Under the pieces are notes generated by a model. It made no database searches, was not told the origin of the DNA, and saw only the letters and a program-made list of their open reading frames with translations. From Eledone cirrhosa (Eukaryota), in the NCBI GenBank assembly GCA_964016885.1, contig OZ024754.1:36332001-36396000 (forward strand): 64,000 bases of DNA, read 5' to 3'. The translations under genes were made by a program, and so were the position numbers. Below, in pieces: positions 62,130 to 64,000 of this stretch (positions are counted from its first letter, which is position 1; every line of letters starts with the position of its first letter).

Positions 62130-62557
62130 TCCCTCTCTCCCGCCCTCTCCCTCTCTGGATGTCTGTGTATGTGTCTACGTGTGTTAGCGTTTCTGTCTTG
62201 TGTATGTGTTTGTTTTTTATGACTATCTGTTTCTGTTTGTGTGTGTGTGTTTGTGTTTGTGATTGTGATTGTGACTGTGTGTGTGTGGGGGGGGGGGGGG
62301 GGGGTTATGTGTGTGTGTGTGTGGGGGGGGGGGGTTATGTGTGTGTGTGTGTGTGTGTTTGTGTGTATGTGTGTTTATGAGTGTGTGCGTGTTTATGGCT
62401 GTGAGTGGTTGTGTTTGAGACTGTGAGTGTGTGTGTGTTTGTGTTTGTGTGTTTGTATGTGTGTGTGTGTGTGTTTATGAGTGTTGGCGTGTTTATGACT
62501 GTGTGAGTGGTTGTGTTTGAGACTGTGAGTGTGTGTGTGTTTGTGTTTGTGTGTATA

Positions 62558-62590
<33 letters not shown>

Positions 62591-63469
62591 TTATTAGTGT
62601 GTGTGTTTATGGCTGTGTGAGTGGTTGTGTTTGTAACTGTGAGTGTGTGTGTGTTTGTGTTTGTGTGTATATGTGTGTGTATGTCTGTGTGTGTGTGTGT
62701 GTTTATTAGTATGTGTGTTTATGGCTGTGTGAGTGGTTGTGTTTGTGACTGTGAATGTGTGTGTGTTTGTGTTTGTGTTTGTGTGTATATGTGTGTGTAT
62801 GTGTGTGTGTGTGTGTGTTTATGAGTGTGTGCGTGTTTATGGCTGTGTGAGTGGTTGTGTTTGAGACTGTGAGTGTGTGTGTGTTTGTGTTTGTGACTGT
62901 GAGTGTGTGTGTTTGTGTTTGTGACTGTGTGTGTGTTTGTGACTGTGTGTATGTTTGTGACTGTGTGTTTGTTTGTGACTGTGTGTGCGTTCGAGTTTTT
63001 TTGTGCTTCTGTGCATGTGTGTTGGTGTTTGTGTCTATGACTGATTATCCATGTCTGTGTGTGTATGTGTGACTGTATGTGTGACTGCGTGTGTGACTGT
63101 ATGTGTGACTCTGAGTGTGACTGTGTGTCTGACTGCGTGTGTGAGTGTGTGACTGTATGTGTGACAGTGTGTGAGACTGAGTGTGTGTGACTGTATGTGT
63201 GACTGTACGTGTGACAGTGTGTGTGTGACTGTGTACGTGTGTCTGTGACTGTGTACGTGTGTTTGTGTTCGTGTATGTGTTTTAATAATGTGTTAAAGCA
63301 TAGAATGGGAGTGTTCTAATGGTGGATGTTAGAGAAATGGCGTGAAGGATGTGTGCTGTCATTTGATGAGACAGAAGAGATCAACAAATAACAACCGAAT
63401 CAAATAAAGGCTGTAACTACATGAGTTGGCAATGGCGACAACATTAGTATCAGCATTCGACTAATAAGT

Positions 63470-64000
63470 CAGCCACCAACACCACCATTATACCACTACT
63501 ACCACTAACACCATTATACCAACACTATCGCTACCATTACACCACCACTAGCACCGCCACCAATATACCTCCACCACCATTATACCATCACTACCACTAC
63601 CATTACACCACCACTAGCACCGCCACCAATATACCTCCACCACCATTATACCACCACTAACACCATTATACCAACACTATGACTACCATTGCACCACCAC
63701 TAGCACCGCCACCAATATACCTCCACACCATTATACCACCACTAACACCATTATACCAACACTAGCACCGCCACCAATATACCTCCACCACCATTATACC
63801 ATCACTATCACTACCATTGCACCACCACTAGCACCGCCACCAATATACCTCCACACCATTATACCACCACTAACACCATTATACCAACACTAGCACCGCC
63901 ACCAATATACCTCCACCACCATTATACCATCACTATCACTACCATTGCACCACCACTAGCACCGCCACCAATATACCTCCACACCATTATACCACCACTA
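63470..64000 (+). repeat. C/A-rich higher-order minisatellite
   Basis: Recurring CACCATTATACC and CTAGCACCGCCACCAATATACCTCC blocks. Confidence 0.85.

Overview
Eukaryotic, AT- and microsatellite-rich DNA with no recognisable host gene. The repeat landscape (dense (TA)n/(CA)n/(GA)n tracts, tRNA-derived SINEs, RTE/CR1/CRE LINE debris) suggests a coleoid cephalopod such as Octopus; this is inference. Almost all ORFs in the supplied track are simple-repeat translations. The main signal is that the short unique islands between (TA)n tracts are mostly 100-600 bp repeats from at least nine sequence families. They carry about 20 complete or near-complete type I hammerhead ribozyme motifs (stem I-CTGANGA-stem II-GAAA-short, often palindromic stem III-TH-stem I), with base-pair covariation between copies. 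Many are arranged as unequal-armed, tail-out palindromes inserted at TA. This matches Penelope-like retroelement (PLE) pseudo-LTR ends, although no intact PLE ORF is visible. Also present: three consecutive but scrambled pieces of one CRE-type LINE C-terminus, inverted copies of neighbouring DNA inside (TA)n tracts, MITEs, a probable non-autonomous Helitron and several minisatellites. All structures were read by eye and coordinates may be off by a few bases.
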